A stretch of 64,000 nt of DNA, taken from assembly GCA_020429915.1 (NCBI GenBank), contig JAGQKV010000026.1, positions 2,217 through 66,216 on the forward strand, given 5' to 3'. The position numbers were made by a program, and so were the translations under genes. The notes beneath the pieces were generated by a model. That model worked only from the letters and a program-made list of their open reading frames with translations, was not told where the DNA came from and did not search any database. Below, one piece after another: positions 30,002 to 39,077 of the stretch. The stretch is from Candidatus Omnitrophota bacterium (GTDB lineage: Bacteria; Omnitrophota; Gorgyraeia; Zapsychrales; Zapsychraceae). Within the stretch, counting starts at the first letter, position 1. Each line of letters opens with the position of its first letter.

Positions 30002-31372
30002 ATGGCAACCTACAAAACGATCGCCAAGACCGTTAAGGCGGAGGACGGGCGCGAGATTCATTACTCCGAAGTCTTGACGGGACTGACTTATGCCTTGGAC
30101 CTGCCGCTCGCTCAACCCGCGGGCCACACCCTGCGCACTTGCTGGATCGGCATGCATATCGGCCGCCAGTTGGAATTACCCCCCGACCAGCTTTGGGAAC
30201 TCTATTATACGCTTCTGCTGAAGGACGCGGGCGGCAGCCGCATCGGCTCGCGGCTGTTCGAACTGTTTTACAACGATGATTTGGTGGTCCAGAATGCCTA
30301 TCGCAAACTCAACCGGCAGCAGTTTAAGGACGTCCTGCGGTTTCTCAATAAGCACGCCGGGATCTATGAAGGGACGTTCGGCCAGTTAAGCCGGATCATC
30401 AACCTGCTGATTCAATGGAAAGCCGTGACCGCGGAATTGAGCAAGGTCAAAGGTGAAGCCGGTGCCGAGATCGTAAAGAATCTCGATCTTCCCGAAGCCG
30501 TTGCCGCGGCCGTATGCGCCGTCGATGAGCATTTTAACGGCAAGGGCCAGCCGCAGGGCTTGGAAGGGGACAAGATTCCCCTGTACGCGCGCATCGCCCT
30601 GCTCACTCAAGTCGTGGACGCCATCCAGGCCGAGGACGGCAAGGACGCCGCGCTGGCCGAGGCCGAAGGCCGCAGCGGCACTTGGTTTGATCCCCAGATT
30701 GTTGCCGCCTTCAAATCCGTTGCCGAAGAGGATGCCTTTTGGGCGGGATTGACCTGTGCCGAACTGCGCGCAGCGGTCATCAAGCTGGAACCGAAGGATA
30801 AGGTGATAATTCTCACCGAGGAAAAGCTGGATGATCTCGCCCAGGCGTTTGCCGTCATCATCGATAACAAAAGCGACTTTACCAAAGGACACAGCGCGCG
30901 CGTGGCCGAGTATGCCGAGGCCGTGGGTAAGCTGGACGGCATGGATATGCCGTCTTTGCGTCAATTGAAACGCGCCGCGCTGCTACATGATCTCGGCCGG
31001 CTGGGCATCAGTAACGCTATCCTTGACAAACCGGTGGCCATCACCAAGACGGAACATGAGATGACGCAAAAACATGCGGTGTGGTCGGAAGAAATTCTCG
31101 GACGCATTTCCATATTCCGTCAACTGGCCGTGGTGGCCGGTGCCCATCACGAACGCCTGGACGGACTCGGCTATCCCAACGGCAAGAAGAAAGATGATAT
31201 TCCCGGTGACTCCCGCATCATCACCGTGGCCGACATATACGACGCCCTGACCACCACCCGGCCACACCGGGAGCGCATGGACAACCCCAAGGCCTTTGAG
31301 ATCCTCAACGGTATGCGCGACGGCGCGTTGGAAGGCAAGTATGTGGATCTGTTGCGGAAGAATGTCGAATAA
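30002..31372 (+). CDS. HD-GYP domain phosphodiesterase (c-di-GMP) with an N-terminal degenerate HD-like domain
   Basis: HSARVAEYAE...LLHDLGRLGI...GAHHERLDGLGYPNG is a canonical HD-GYP signature. The N-terminal half has HTLRT...LLLKDAG, a degenerate HD. Confidence 0.85.
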   Translation: MATYKTIAKTVKAEDGREIHYSEVLTGLTYALDLPLAQPAGHTLRTCWIGMHIGRQLELPPDQLWELYYTLLLKDAGGSRIGSRLFELFYNDDLVVQNAYRKLNRQQFKDVLRFLNKHAGIYEGTFGQLSRIINLLIQWKAVTAELSKVKGEAGAEIVKNLDLPEAVAAAVCAVDEHFNGKGQPQGLEGDKIPLYARIALLTQVVDAIQAEDGKDAALAEAEGRSGTWFDPQIVAAFKSVAEEDAFWAGLTCAELRAAVIKLEPKDKVIILTEEKLDDLAQAFAVIIDNKSDFTKGHSARVAEYAEAVGKLDGMDMPSLRQLKRAALLHDLGRLGISNAILDKPVAITKTEHEMTQKHAVWSEEILGRISIFRQLAVVAGAHHERLDGLGYPNGKKKDDIPGDSRIITVADIYDALTTTRPHRERMDNPKAFEILNGMRDGALEGKYVDLLRKNVE

Positions 31373-31410
31373 CCGCGCGGACCGATCCCTCTCTACCAAG
31401 GAATTTTATC

Positions 31411-31806
31411 ATGATCAGTAAACGAATACTCAAGGCCGCCCTGGGCTGTGCCGTGCTGGCGGCCGGTTGCGCCGGCGATCCCGAGGTCAAGATTGTACCT
31501 GAGACGCAGGTCGTCATCAGCACAAGCGGCGACGACCGGATCACCATCTCCGATAGCGACGGCATCCGGGGGGTGGTCGGCCTGCAGCGCATCCCCGTGG
31601 GAACGGAATACCGGGATCTGCCCGTTGATTTTCAATTCGATCAGACCGGGGCTCTCCGCTACGATATCAAAGTGGGTGACACCTTCAAGGTCCCGGGCAC
31701 GGTGTTGCACGTGGAAGTGACTGATATGAACGGCAACCAGAGCTTTCATTTTATCCGCTCCACACCCCAGGGTTTCCAGACCGGGACCTTTACCAAGAAC
31801 GGTTAG
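31411..31806 (+). CDS. Hypothetical lipoprotein
   Basis: Lipobox-like signal sequence AALGCAVLAAGCAG. No recognisable domain. Confidence 0.5.
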   Translation: MISKRILKAALGCAVLAAGCAGDPEVKIVPETQVVISTSGDDRITISDSDGIRGVVGLQRIPVGTEYRDLPVDFQFDQTGALRYDIKVGDTFKVPGTVLHVEVTDMNGNQSFHFIRSTPQGFQTGTFTKNG

Positions 31807-31958
31807 CCATCCGGGTGCGCCGGATAATTAAAGCGAGTAACACAAAGCGAAGTCGTCACCGTTCTGATGAATTGCCTTTATGCGGAGGCTTGAGATTGTG
31901 GCCGGCGAGTGACAAAAGATGATGTACAAACTGACGGATATGAGTATAATACGGCGAC

Positions 31959-33935
31959 ATGTCGGGGATAGCCGCTGCTATACATAACAATCTTGCAACA
32001 TCACTGCTCTTGGAACCACGGAGGCGGACACGTATTGTTTGTGCGGCTTGTCTGATTCTGTCCGCCTGTCCGACCGTAGTCCCGAGGGCTGCCGCGAACG
32101 AAGTTTCCCAAGATAACGAATCGGTATACCTGCCGAATGATTCCTACCCGACAGTGATGACTCACGACACGGTTGTCGTCTCGGCCACACGCATGCCCGC
32201 GCTCGTGGGCGAGATTTCACAGGATGTCTATATCATCTCAGGGGACGCGGTCCGCGATTTGCCTGCGCGTGATATTGCCGAGGCCCTGACGTACACTCCT
32301 GCCGTCGATGTTCAATTAAACGGTTTTCCCGGACGTCCCACTTCCTTATCAATTAATGGTTCCAGTGCGCGCCATGTCCGGTTGCTGGTCGACGGGATCC
32401 CCTTCAACACACAGCTCTCGGGCCAGGCCAATCCGGCCCAGATTCCGGTGGATTATGTCGGCAGTGTTGAAATCATAAAGGGCCCGGCGTCCAGTGCTTG
32501 GGGCTCGGCCTTGGGCGGAGTGGTTAATGTGATCTCCAGACCTGTCGGATCGGCCGCACAGCCGCAGGGGGCCGTCACCACTTCTTTTGCCGAGTTCGGA
32601 ACCTTCCGTCACAGCCTCGAATTGGCCGGCGCCGTCGATACGGCAGGCTATTTCTTTACGGGAAGCCACTTTGAGACCGACGGTCCGCGGCCCGTGTCCG
32701 ACGTCAAAGAAAGTAACGGTTTCGGGAAGATCAGCATTCCGCTGGCGGACGCTATGGCGATCACGGGACAGTTCGGATACGTCAACTCCGACTCGCAATA
32801 CAGAGGGCCCACAGACGCCGTTATCTCCGCTCAGCCTTACCGCTCGCGGTTCGGGAAGCTGCAAATCCAGTCTGAGGACGATGACCTGCAATGGTCGGCC
32901 GCCGTCAAATTCAATGATCAGGATATTCGCACCGACTCCATCAGTCCGATGACCGGGGACACGCTGTTCTCCACTATCAGCAGTGACTGGTACAAAGGCA
33001 TCAGTCTGAACGGCAAACTCGATCTCGACGACTACGGCAGCCTGGTGGCCGGCGTCGATTATGAGTATCACCGGTTGAAATCCAACAATTTCCTGGCGAG
33101 CAGTGAGGATCTGACGACGCAGGCTCCCTATATCAACTATTCCATCGGCCGTCGGAATTGGGACGTCGATCTGGGATTGCGCTTCGATCATAATGACCGC
33201 TTCGGATCCCAAGTCAGCCCCAGTCTGGGGGCGGTGTATTATTTTCATGATCCGGCGCGAACGTCCGTGCGTGCCCGGGTGGCCCGCGGTTTCAACGCGC
33301 CGCCATTGTTGTGGTTGTACAATGACGATCCGGCCCTGTTTGTCGGCGCCAATCCCGACCTTAAGGCGGAACGCGCCGTGGTCTATGAGGTCGGACTTAA
33401 ATCCCACTGGCAGAGGCTGCAATTTCAGTTGAATCTGTACCGGGCCAATGTTCGCGACGCGATCGCGCTGATGTTCGACGCGGACGATTTTGTGTTCCGG
33501 CAACGCAACTTCGAAGAGTTCCGGCGGCAGGGTGCGGAGATTTTGATCGATTACCGGCTGACCGATCAAATCACCCTGTATACCAGCGGCGCGTTCAATG
33601 ACGTTGAGAACCGGCAGACCGGTGAGACGGTGCGGGATCAGGGCATCGCCCGGCAGAAATTTACGTTCGGGACCCGCTATCGTAACACGCACGGTTTTTC
33701 CTGTTACCTTCTGGGGTACTATAACCGCTGGAGTTCTCCTCCCGACCTTAATCCCAATGACCGTAAACCCATCTTCGATCTGCGCATGTCCCAGGCCGTA
33801 AAGAAAGAAGGACGGGGGCCGGGGTTGGAAGTTTTCCTGAACGTCCACAATCTGACCAACAGCAAATATTGGTCCAGCGAGTCCTTTCCGTTAGCGAAAC
33901 GGTACTTTGAAGGCGGTATGACCATCCGTTTTTAG
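31959..33935 (+). CDS. TonB-dependent outer-membrane receptor
   Basis: Plug-domain motifs DTVVVSATR...LLVDGIPFN and a C-terminal terminal Phe (GMTIRF). The start is uncertain (in-frame TTG at 32010 would give a better signal peptide). Confidence 0.8.
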   Translation: MSGIAAAIHNNLATSLLLEPRRRTRIVCAACLILSACPTVVPRAAANEVSQDNESVYLPNDSYPTVMTHDTVVVSATRMPALVGEISQDVYIISGDAVRDLPARDIAEALTYTPAVDVQLNGFPGRPTSLSINGSSARHVRLLVDGIPFNTQLSGQANPAQIPVDYVGSVEIIKGPASSAWGSALGGVVNVISRPVGSAAQPQGAVTTSFAEFGTFRHSLELAGAVDTAGYFFTGSHFETDGPRPVSDVKESNGFGKISIPLADAMAITGQFGYVNSDSQYRGPTDAVISAQPYRSRFGKLQIQSEDDDLQWSAAVKFNDQDIRTDSISPMTGDTLFSTISSDWYKGISLNGKLDLDDYGSLVAGVDYEYHRLKSNNFLASSEDLTTQAPYINYSIGRRNWDVDLGLRFDHNDRFGSQVSPSLGAVYYFHDPARTSVRARVARGFNAPPLLWLYNDDPALFVGANPDLKAERAVVYEVGLKSHWQRLQFQLNLYRANVRDAIALMFDADDFVFRQRNFEEFRRQGAEILIDYRLTDQITLYTSGAFNDVENRQTGETVRDQGIARQKFTFGTRYRNTHGFSCYLLGYYNRWSSPPDLNPNDRKPIFDLRMSQAVKKEGRGPGLEVFLNVHNLTNSKYWSSESFPLAKRYFEGGMTIRF

Positions 33936-33961
33936 CGTTTTTTTGAGTTTCCGCCCGTAAA

Positions 33962-33978
33962 GGTAGAAAAAAGTCAGT
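33962..33978 (+). promoter_or_regulatory. Copy 1 of the shared upstream motif GGTAGAAAAAAGTCAGT, with ATTTACA 18 nt downstream
   Basis: An identical 17-mer recurs at 40905-40921. Both lie about 96-100 nt upstream of a start codon (SBP gene and the AraC-type RR gene). Confidence 0.35.
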
Positions 33979-34061
33979 CCTTTGGCGGGTAATGTCATTT
34001 ACAACGGCGGCAATTCATGTACAGTACTATCAGCTAGCCTAATTCTACTTCTCCGAATATT

Positions 34062-35696
34062 ATGTCAGTTAAATCGCAGTTGACTTTACCGTTGGTGATC
34101 CTGTCCATGTCGACTCTATTGATATCATTTGCTGCCTCCGCGGCCGTGCCCGTACCCGCAGTACAAACCCGTTCCCGCAATGATCCTGCCTGGAAGTCTC
34201 ACCCGTACGGAGGGACGCTGGTCTGGGGAAGCGTCTTTCCCCCGACGGCATTCAATCCCACCCGGAACTATACCGGTATTACCACGGCCCTGCAGGATCT
34301 TATTTTTAACCGGCTGGTCCGCCTCAACGCGGACGGTGAAATGGAACCGGACCTGGCCCGGTCCTGGGATATTTCCGATGACGGACGGGTGTATACTTTC
34401 CATCTGCGCGAAGGGGTCCGTTTTCATGACGGGGTGGAACTGACGGCCGAGGACATCCGCTTTACCTACGAACGCATTCTTGACGAAGCCCATGAGTCGC
34501 CGTACCGGCCGGACCTGATTCCGGTGGAGCGTCTCGAATGCCCGGACCGCTATACCTTTCGGGTTGTTTTTAAGACTCCCGATCCGTTATGGCTGAGGCG
34601 TATGGTGCGGGAGGTCCTGCCGAAGCATTTGCTTTCAGGTGACAGTGATCAAGCGGCGGCTTTTTATGACCGTCCGGTGGGAACCGGACCGTTTCGATTT
34701 GATTTTTGGGACAAGGAAAAGCGAACGCTGGGACTGAAAGCCAATACGGACTATTTTGAAGGCCGGCCGTATCTTGACGCGGTTCGCGTCAGGATCTATC
34801 CCGACAATTCGACATTATGGGCGGCGTTTATGCGCCGCGAGGTCGACCTGGTCCAGTTTATCAACCGCGAGGACTTTATGGTCGCCGCCGAGGATGCGTC
34901 GTTCCGGACGTATGCCGTCGAGTGGGGCATGTACAGTGCCTTGCTGTTTAATACCGAGGATCCGATATGGCACAATCCGCAACTCCGCAGGGCCGTGGCC
35001 CATGCGATCGATACGCGGCAGTTCCGGGAGACCTTCGACGTTCAGGACGGGAGATCGCCGGCAATTCCGGCTTCGGAGCGGACGATTCGGCCGTATCCGT
35101 TCGATCCGTCGCGGGCGGCGGCGATCCTGGATGAGGAGGGGTGGCGGATGGGGGGCTCCGGCATACGGCAAAAGGACGGCGAGGAATTGGAATTGCGTAT
35201 CCTGATCGATGAGCGCAGCCGTATGGACCGGATCGCGGCCCGCATTATTCGTCAAAATCTTGCCGAGGTGGGTGTGCGCGCCAAGGTTTTGCTTTACTCG
35301 GACGAGAAAGAACTCACAATGCCTCTTTGGCAAGAGCGCAGGCCGCAGGCCTGGGTGAGGCTCGTTCCCGATCCAGATTTCTTGGGTGTCCTGGCGCTGG
35401 AATTTTGGTATTCCTATTCCCACAACCGTGGCAAGATATGGAAATATCGTAATCAGCGAGCGGATATGCTGTTCGAACGTATCGAGAAGGAAAAGTCGGC
35501 GGCAAAAATTGCCATGTTGACGCAGGAGATGTGTGGTTCCATTTATGAGGATCAGCCCGCTAGTTATTTGTTTCTGCCTAAGAGCCTCTTCGCCGTGAGC
35601 GCTCGTTTTGCAAATACATCCGCGTACTTTACCAATAGCCAACCGACATTTACGATCAAAGACTGGTACATTACACCAACGAACACGCAGCCTTAA
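34062..35696 (+). CDS. ABC transporter substrate-binding protein, family 5 (peptide/nickel type), orphan
   Basis: SBP_bac_5 features GVRFHDGVELTAEDIRFTYERI and RPVGTGPFRF, plus a signal peptide. No permease or ATPase genes are adjacent. Confidence 0.85.
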   Translation: MSVKSQLTLPLVILSMSTLLISFAASAAVPVPAVQTRSRNDPAWKSHPYGGTLVWGSVFPPTAFNPTRNYTGITTALQDLIFNRLVRLNADGEMEPDLARSWDISDDGRVYTFHLREGVRFHDGVELTAEDIRFTYERILDEAHESPYRPDLIPVERLECPDRYTFRVVFKTPDPLWLRRMVREVLPKHLLSGDSDQAAAFYDRPVGTGPFRFDFWDKEKRTLGLKANTDYFEGRPYLDAVRVRIYPDNSTLWAAFMRREVDLVQFINREDFMVAAEDASFRTYAVEWGMYSALLFNTEDPIWHNPQLRRAVAHAIDTRQFRETFDVQDGRSPAIPASERTIRPYPFDPSRAAAILDEEGWRMGGSGIRQKDGEELELRILIDERSRMDRIAARIIRQNLAEVGVRAKVLLYSDEKELTMPLWQERRPQAWVRLVPDPDFLGVLALEFWYSYSHNRGKIWKYRNQRADMLFERIEKEKSAAKIAMLTQEMCGSIYEDQPASYLFLPKSLFAVSARFANTSAYFTNSQPTFTIKDWYITPTNTQP

Positions 35697-35765
35697 TATG
35701 ACAGAATCATGACGGAGAGTCGCCTTTTTGGGACACCCAAACCAAATCCGAAAGGAGGTGAGGAT

Positions 35766-35876
35766 ATGGACATTATCCAAGAAGGTAAAACTGACATAAA
35801 GGAAATGGCTGCCTTGGGCTGTTGTTGGCCGCCGGGAACACAAAACATGCAACTAACCGAACCCGAAGAGGATTAA
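35766..35876 (+). CDS. Candidate RiPP precursor peptide (36 aa): MDIIQEGKTDIKEMAALGCCWPPGTQNMQLTEPEED
   Basis: Strong RBS AAAGGAGGTG 5 nt upstream of the ATG. It lies immediately upstream of a radical SAM/SPASM enzyme with an RRE-like N-terminus and an ABC exporter, and it contains a GCCWPPG core. Confidence 0.45.
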   Translation: MDIIQEGKTDIKEMAALGCCWPPGTQNMQLTEPEED

Positions 35877-35898
35877 TTATTTCTTTACCCACTAAAAG

Positions 35899-35930
35899 CT
35901 GTGCCGGGGACGCTTGCGTCCCCGGCACAG
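35899..35930 (+). terminator. Perfect 15-bp inverted repeat hairpin between the precursor ORF and the rSAM gene (attenuator/transcript-stabilising hairpin, no U-tract)
   Basis: CTGTGCCGGGGACGC tt GCGTCCCCGGCACAG. Confidence 0.45.
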
Positions 35931-35951
35931 CGGCCAAAGGGAGGGTAAATT

Positions 35952-37316
35952 ATGCGGCTTTCGCATCACACTATCGTCGTCAAAGACTATCCGTCCAAAG
36001 GTGAACACCTCCTTTACAGTACGCGGACCCAGGCCCTGGTCAAGATTGAGGACGCACTGCGTTTGCTGCTGGACCGGCTTCCCTCCGCGGGGCCGGCCGA
36101 TACGGTCCCCTACCAACAGGAAATCAAACAATTGCACGACATGGGCCTGATCGTCACCGGCGATGCGGAAGAACAGTCCCGGTTGCGCGAGCATCTGAAC
36201 CAGATCAAATTTAGTCATGACGAGTCCTGTCTCCCGGTCACCATCCTGACCACCTATGGCTGCAATTTTAAATGCACTTATTGTTTTGAGGAGTCCACCC
36301 GTACGAACGACAGGTTGAGTGCCGAACATCAGCAAAAGATCATCCGCTGGCTGAAAGACCGGGTCAGGACGTTGGGATATCGAAGCCTTTACTTGAACTA
36401 CTACGGCGGCGAACCGTTGTTGAATCAACCGGCCATCGAACAGATCTCCACGGAAATGAGACGTTGGTGCCGGGAGTCAGGCGTCGGCTTCGGCATGGCA
36501 TTGCAGACCAACGGCTACCTGCTGACTCCGCAAGTGGTTCGTAAATTTCTTGAGTTGAATCTGGTCGGCGTGCGGGTCAGCCTGGACGGGGTCGGAGAGG
36601 ACCATGACCGCTACCGCCCGCTGCGCGGCGGCGGCGGGACGTTCACGCGCATCATGCGTAACATTGTCGACTGCGTGGACCTGGTGCCCATCGGAATCTC
36701 GATCGGCTTTGACAAAGGAGACGTGGAGCCCATCGAAAAACTGGTCAATCACTTCGAGGAACTCGGAATCCTGCATAAGCTCGGCCGGATCATCACCTCG
36801 CCCATTACACCCACGGTCGGACCGGCGGGCCGTCCGGAGGCCGTGCGGGGCTCCGAGTGCATGTGCCATTCGCAGGATGCCACTTTGGCTGCGGCGATGC
36901 GCCGCATTAACGCGCTGTTTGAGGCCAAGGGGATCAACAAGGTCAAAAGCGGCATGGCCACCAATGTGTGCCCGCTGACCCGTGAGAACGGCGGGGTCAC
37001 CATCGACCAGGAGGGCAGGCTTTATAAATGCAATTCGCTGCTCGGTCATCCGGAGTTTTCCGTCGGGCATGTTGACGACGCGCAATATAATGAGACGGGC
37101 CGCCGCTTCCGGGACCTGGACGTGTGGCGGCAGTGCCCGATCGACTGCACGTACCTGCCGATGTGCAGCGGCGGTTGCCGGTTAATGGCGTTTGTCGGCG
37201 AATCAAAAAGTTTCCGGGTGGCCGCCTGCAAAAAACCGTACTTAAATGAAATGGCGGCCGAATTTATCAAACGCGACTATGACCGTTTGACGGCGAAACA
37301 AAAGGCGGCGGTATGA
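35952..37316 (+). CDS. Radical SAM / SPASM-domain peptide-modifying enzyme with an N-terminal RRE (PqqD-like) domain
   Basis: CxxxCxxC motif CNFKCTYC at about residue 104, after a roughly 100-aa N-terminal extension resembling PqqD/RRE (HLLYSTRTQALVKIEDALRLLLDRL). The C-terminus is Cys-rich (CPLTRENGG...CNSLLGH...CPIDCTYLPMCSGGCRL), typical of SPASM. Confidence 0.85.
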   Translation: MRLSHHTIVVKDYPSKGEHLLYSTRTQALVKIEDALRLLLDRLPSAGPADTVPYQQEIKQLHDMGLIVTGDAEEQSRLREHLNQIKFSHDESCLPVTILTTYGCNFKCTYCFEESTRTNDRLSAEHQQKIIRWLKDRVRTLGYRSLYLNYYGGEPLLNQPAIEQISTEMRRWCRESGVGFGMALQTNGYLLTPQVVRKFLELNLVGVRVSLDGVGEDHDRYRPLRGGGGTFTRIMRNIVDCVDLVPIGISIGFDKGDVEPIEKLVNHFEELGILHKLGRIITSPITPTVGPAGRPEAVRGSECMCHSQDATLAAAMRRINALFEAKGINKVKSGMATNVCPLTRENGGVTIDQEGRLYKCNSLLGHPEFSVGHVDDAQYNETGRRFRDLDVWRQCPIDCTYLPMCSGGCRLMAFVGESKSFRVAACKKPYLNEMAAEFIKRDYDRLTAKQKAAV

Positions 37317-39043
37317 CATTCGGATCCCTGCTGCGGCCTTATCGCTGGCGTATCATCATTCTGGTGCTCTGTTTGTTTGCCATTAACGGTTTGGCATTGG
37401 CCCTGCCGTGGGGCATCAAATTGTTGATCGATGATGTCCTTATCCGGCGGGATATCCCCGGCCTGCATCGGCTCAGTATTTATTTGATCGTGATCCTGCT
37501 GGTGCGCGCCGGCCTGAATTTCTTCCGCTACCGGCAAAGCGCGTTGATGGGTGAGCGGATTATTTGTCGCGTCCGGGAACGGCTCTACGAGAAGGCGCTG
37601 CGCCTGGCCGTTCCTTCTTTCCGTGCGCAGGGGGCGGGCAGTTTATTAACCCGCATGACGGGCGATCTCGACAGCCTGCGCCGGTTTTTATTCGGCGAGG
37701 CAGTGGAATTTGTCTATTCCATCCTCGGCGTGGCCATGCTGCTGGCGGTACTTGTGGTCCTGAATGTCAAGCTGGCCGCGGTGGCGTTGCTGGGCGTGCC
37801 TGTTTTCTTAAGGATTTATTTTCGCCTGTTCCCGCAACTCCGTTCCAATTATCGTGCGGTGCGTGAATCCTGGGGCGCGCTGATCGCGCGGGCCGGCGAG
37901 GTCCTCAATGCCGTGATGACCGTCCGCACGCTTAACGGGCAGGACCGGGAGCGGGCGTATCTGCGGACCGGGCAGGAGGGCCTGTTGCATACGGCGGCAA
38001 GCGTCCACCATTTGAACGCCGGATTATGGATGGCGGTGGACCTGTTTTCCTCGTTGTGCACGGTGGCTGCTTTATGGCTGGGCGGGTTGGAGGTGATCCG
38101 CGACCGGATGACGCAGGGCGAGCTGGTGGCGTTCTACACTTACTTGGGGATGCTGCTTGCGCCGTTGGCCCGGCTGACCCTGATACAGGGAACGCAACAG
38201 GAGGCGGCGGCCGCATTGGAGCGGATCAACGAAATCATGGACATCCCGCATGTCGAGCCGCCCGATCGTCCGGGGGCCGCGGCGGAAGACATCGCCGGTC
38301 AGCTTTCATTCATGGGAGTGTCCTTCGGCTATGCGGAGGGCGGGCCGGTGTTGCGCGGCGTTAATTTTCAGGTCAGACAAGGGGAAACCGTCGGCATCGT
38401 GGGCGCCAGCGGTACGGGCAAAACCACCCTCGTCAATTTGTTGCTGCGCTTTTACCGCCCCGACGCGGGCCGCATTCTCCTCGACGGACGCCCGCTGGAT
38501 GACTTTGATCTGCACGGTTTTCGGCGGCAGGTGGCCGTGGTCCTGCAGGATGACGTCCTGCTCAGCGGTACGATCCGGGAAAACATTGCCTACGGACACG
38601 CAGCGGGTCCGGGTGCCGTGGAAGAGGCCGCCCGCCTGGCCTGCGCGCACGATTTTATCATGGCCTTACCGAAAGGCTATGAAACGGCGGTCGGCGAGAA
38701 AGGCGACGGTTTGTCCACGGGACAACGCCAGCGGATTGCCATCGCCCGCGCCTTGTTGCGCAGGCCGGCCGTGTTGATCCTTGATGAAGCGACCTCTGCT
38801 GTGGATGCCATGACCGAAAACCGGATCCAGGACGCCGTCCGGAGGGTCATGGCGGGGAAGACCACCCTCATCATCGCCCACCGCTTTTCCACGCTGGCCG
38901 ATGCGGACCGGATTATCGTTCTCGACGGCGGCAGGGTCGTCGAGTACGGGGACCACAGCTATCTTTTGAACAAAGGCGGGATTTATAGTAGCCTATATTG
39001 GGAGCAATTCCGTTCGGCGGACATCCCCGCCGGATCCGGTTAA
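37313..39043 (+). CDS. ABC transporter, fused permease/ATP-binding exporter, with no peptidase domain
   Basis: Six TM helices, then Walker A GASGTGKTT, signature LSTGQRQRIAIARAL and Walker B ILDEATS. It overlaps the rSAM stop by 4 nt. Confidence 0.9.
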   Translation: MTFGSLLRPYRWRIIILVLCLFAINGLALALPWGIKLLIDDVLIRRDIPGLHRLSIYLIVILLVRAGLNFFRYRQSALMGERIICRVRERLYEKALRLAVPSFRAQGAGSLLTRMTGDLDSLRRFLFGEAVEFVYSILGVAMLLAVLVVLNVKLAAVALLGVPVFLRIYFRLFPQLRSNYRAVRESWGALIARAGEVLNAVMTVRTLNGQDRERAYLRTGQEGLLHTAASVHHLNAGLWMAVDLFSSLCTVAALWLGGLEVIRDRMTQGELVAFYTYLGMLLAPLARLTLIQGTQQEAAAALERINEIMDIPHVEPPDRPGAAAEDIAGQLSFMGVSFGYAEGGPVLRGVNFQVRQGETVGIVGASGTGKTTLVNLLLRFYRPDAGRILLDGRPLDDFDLHGFRRQVAVVLQDDVLLSGTIRENIAYGHAAGPGAVEEAARLACAHDFIMALPKGYETAVGEKGDGLSTGQRQRIAIARALLRRPAVLILDEATSAVDAMTENRIQDAVRRVMAGKTTLIIAHRFSTLADADRIIVLDGGRVVEYGDHSYLLNKGGIYSSLYWEQFRSADIPAGSG

Positions 39044-39077
39044 ACACGTTCGGCAAAGATCGGCGATTCCGATAACA

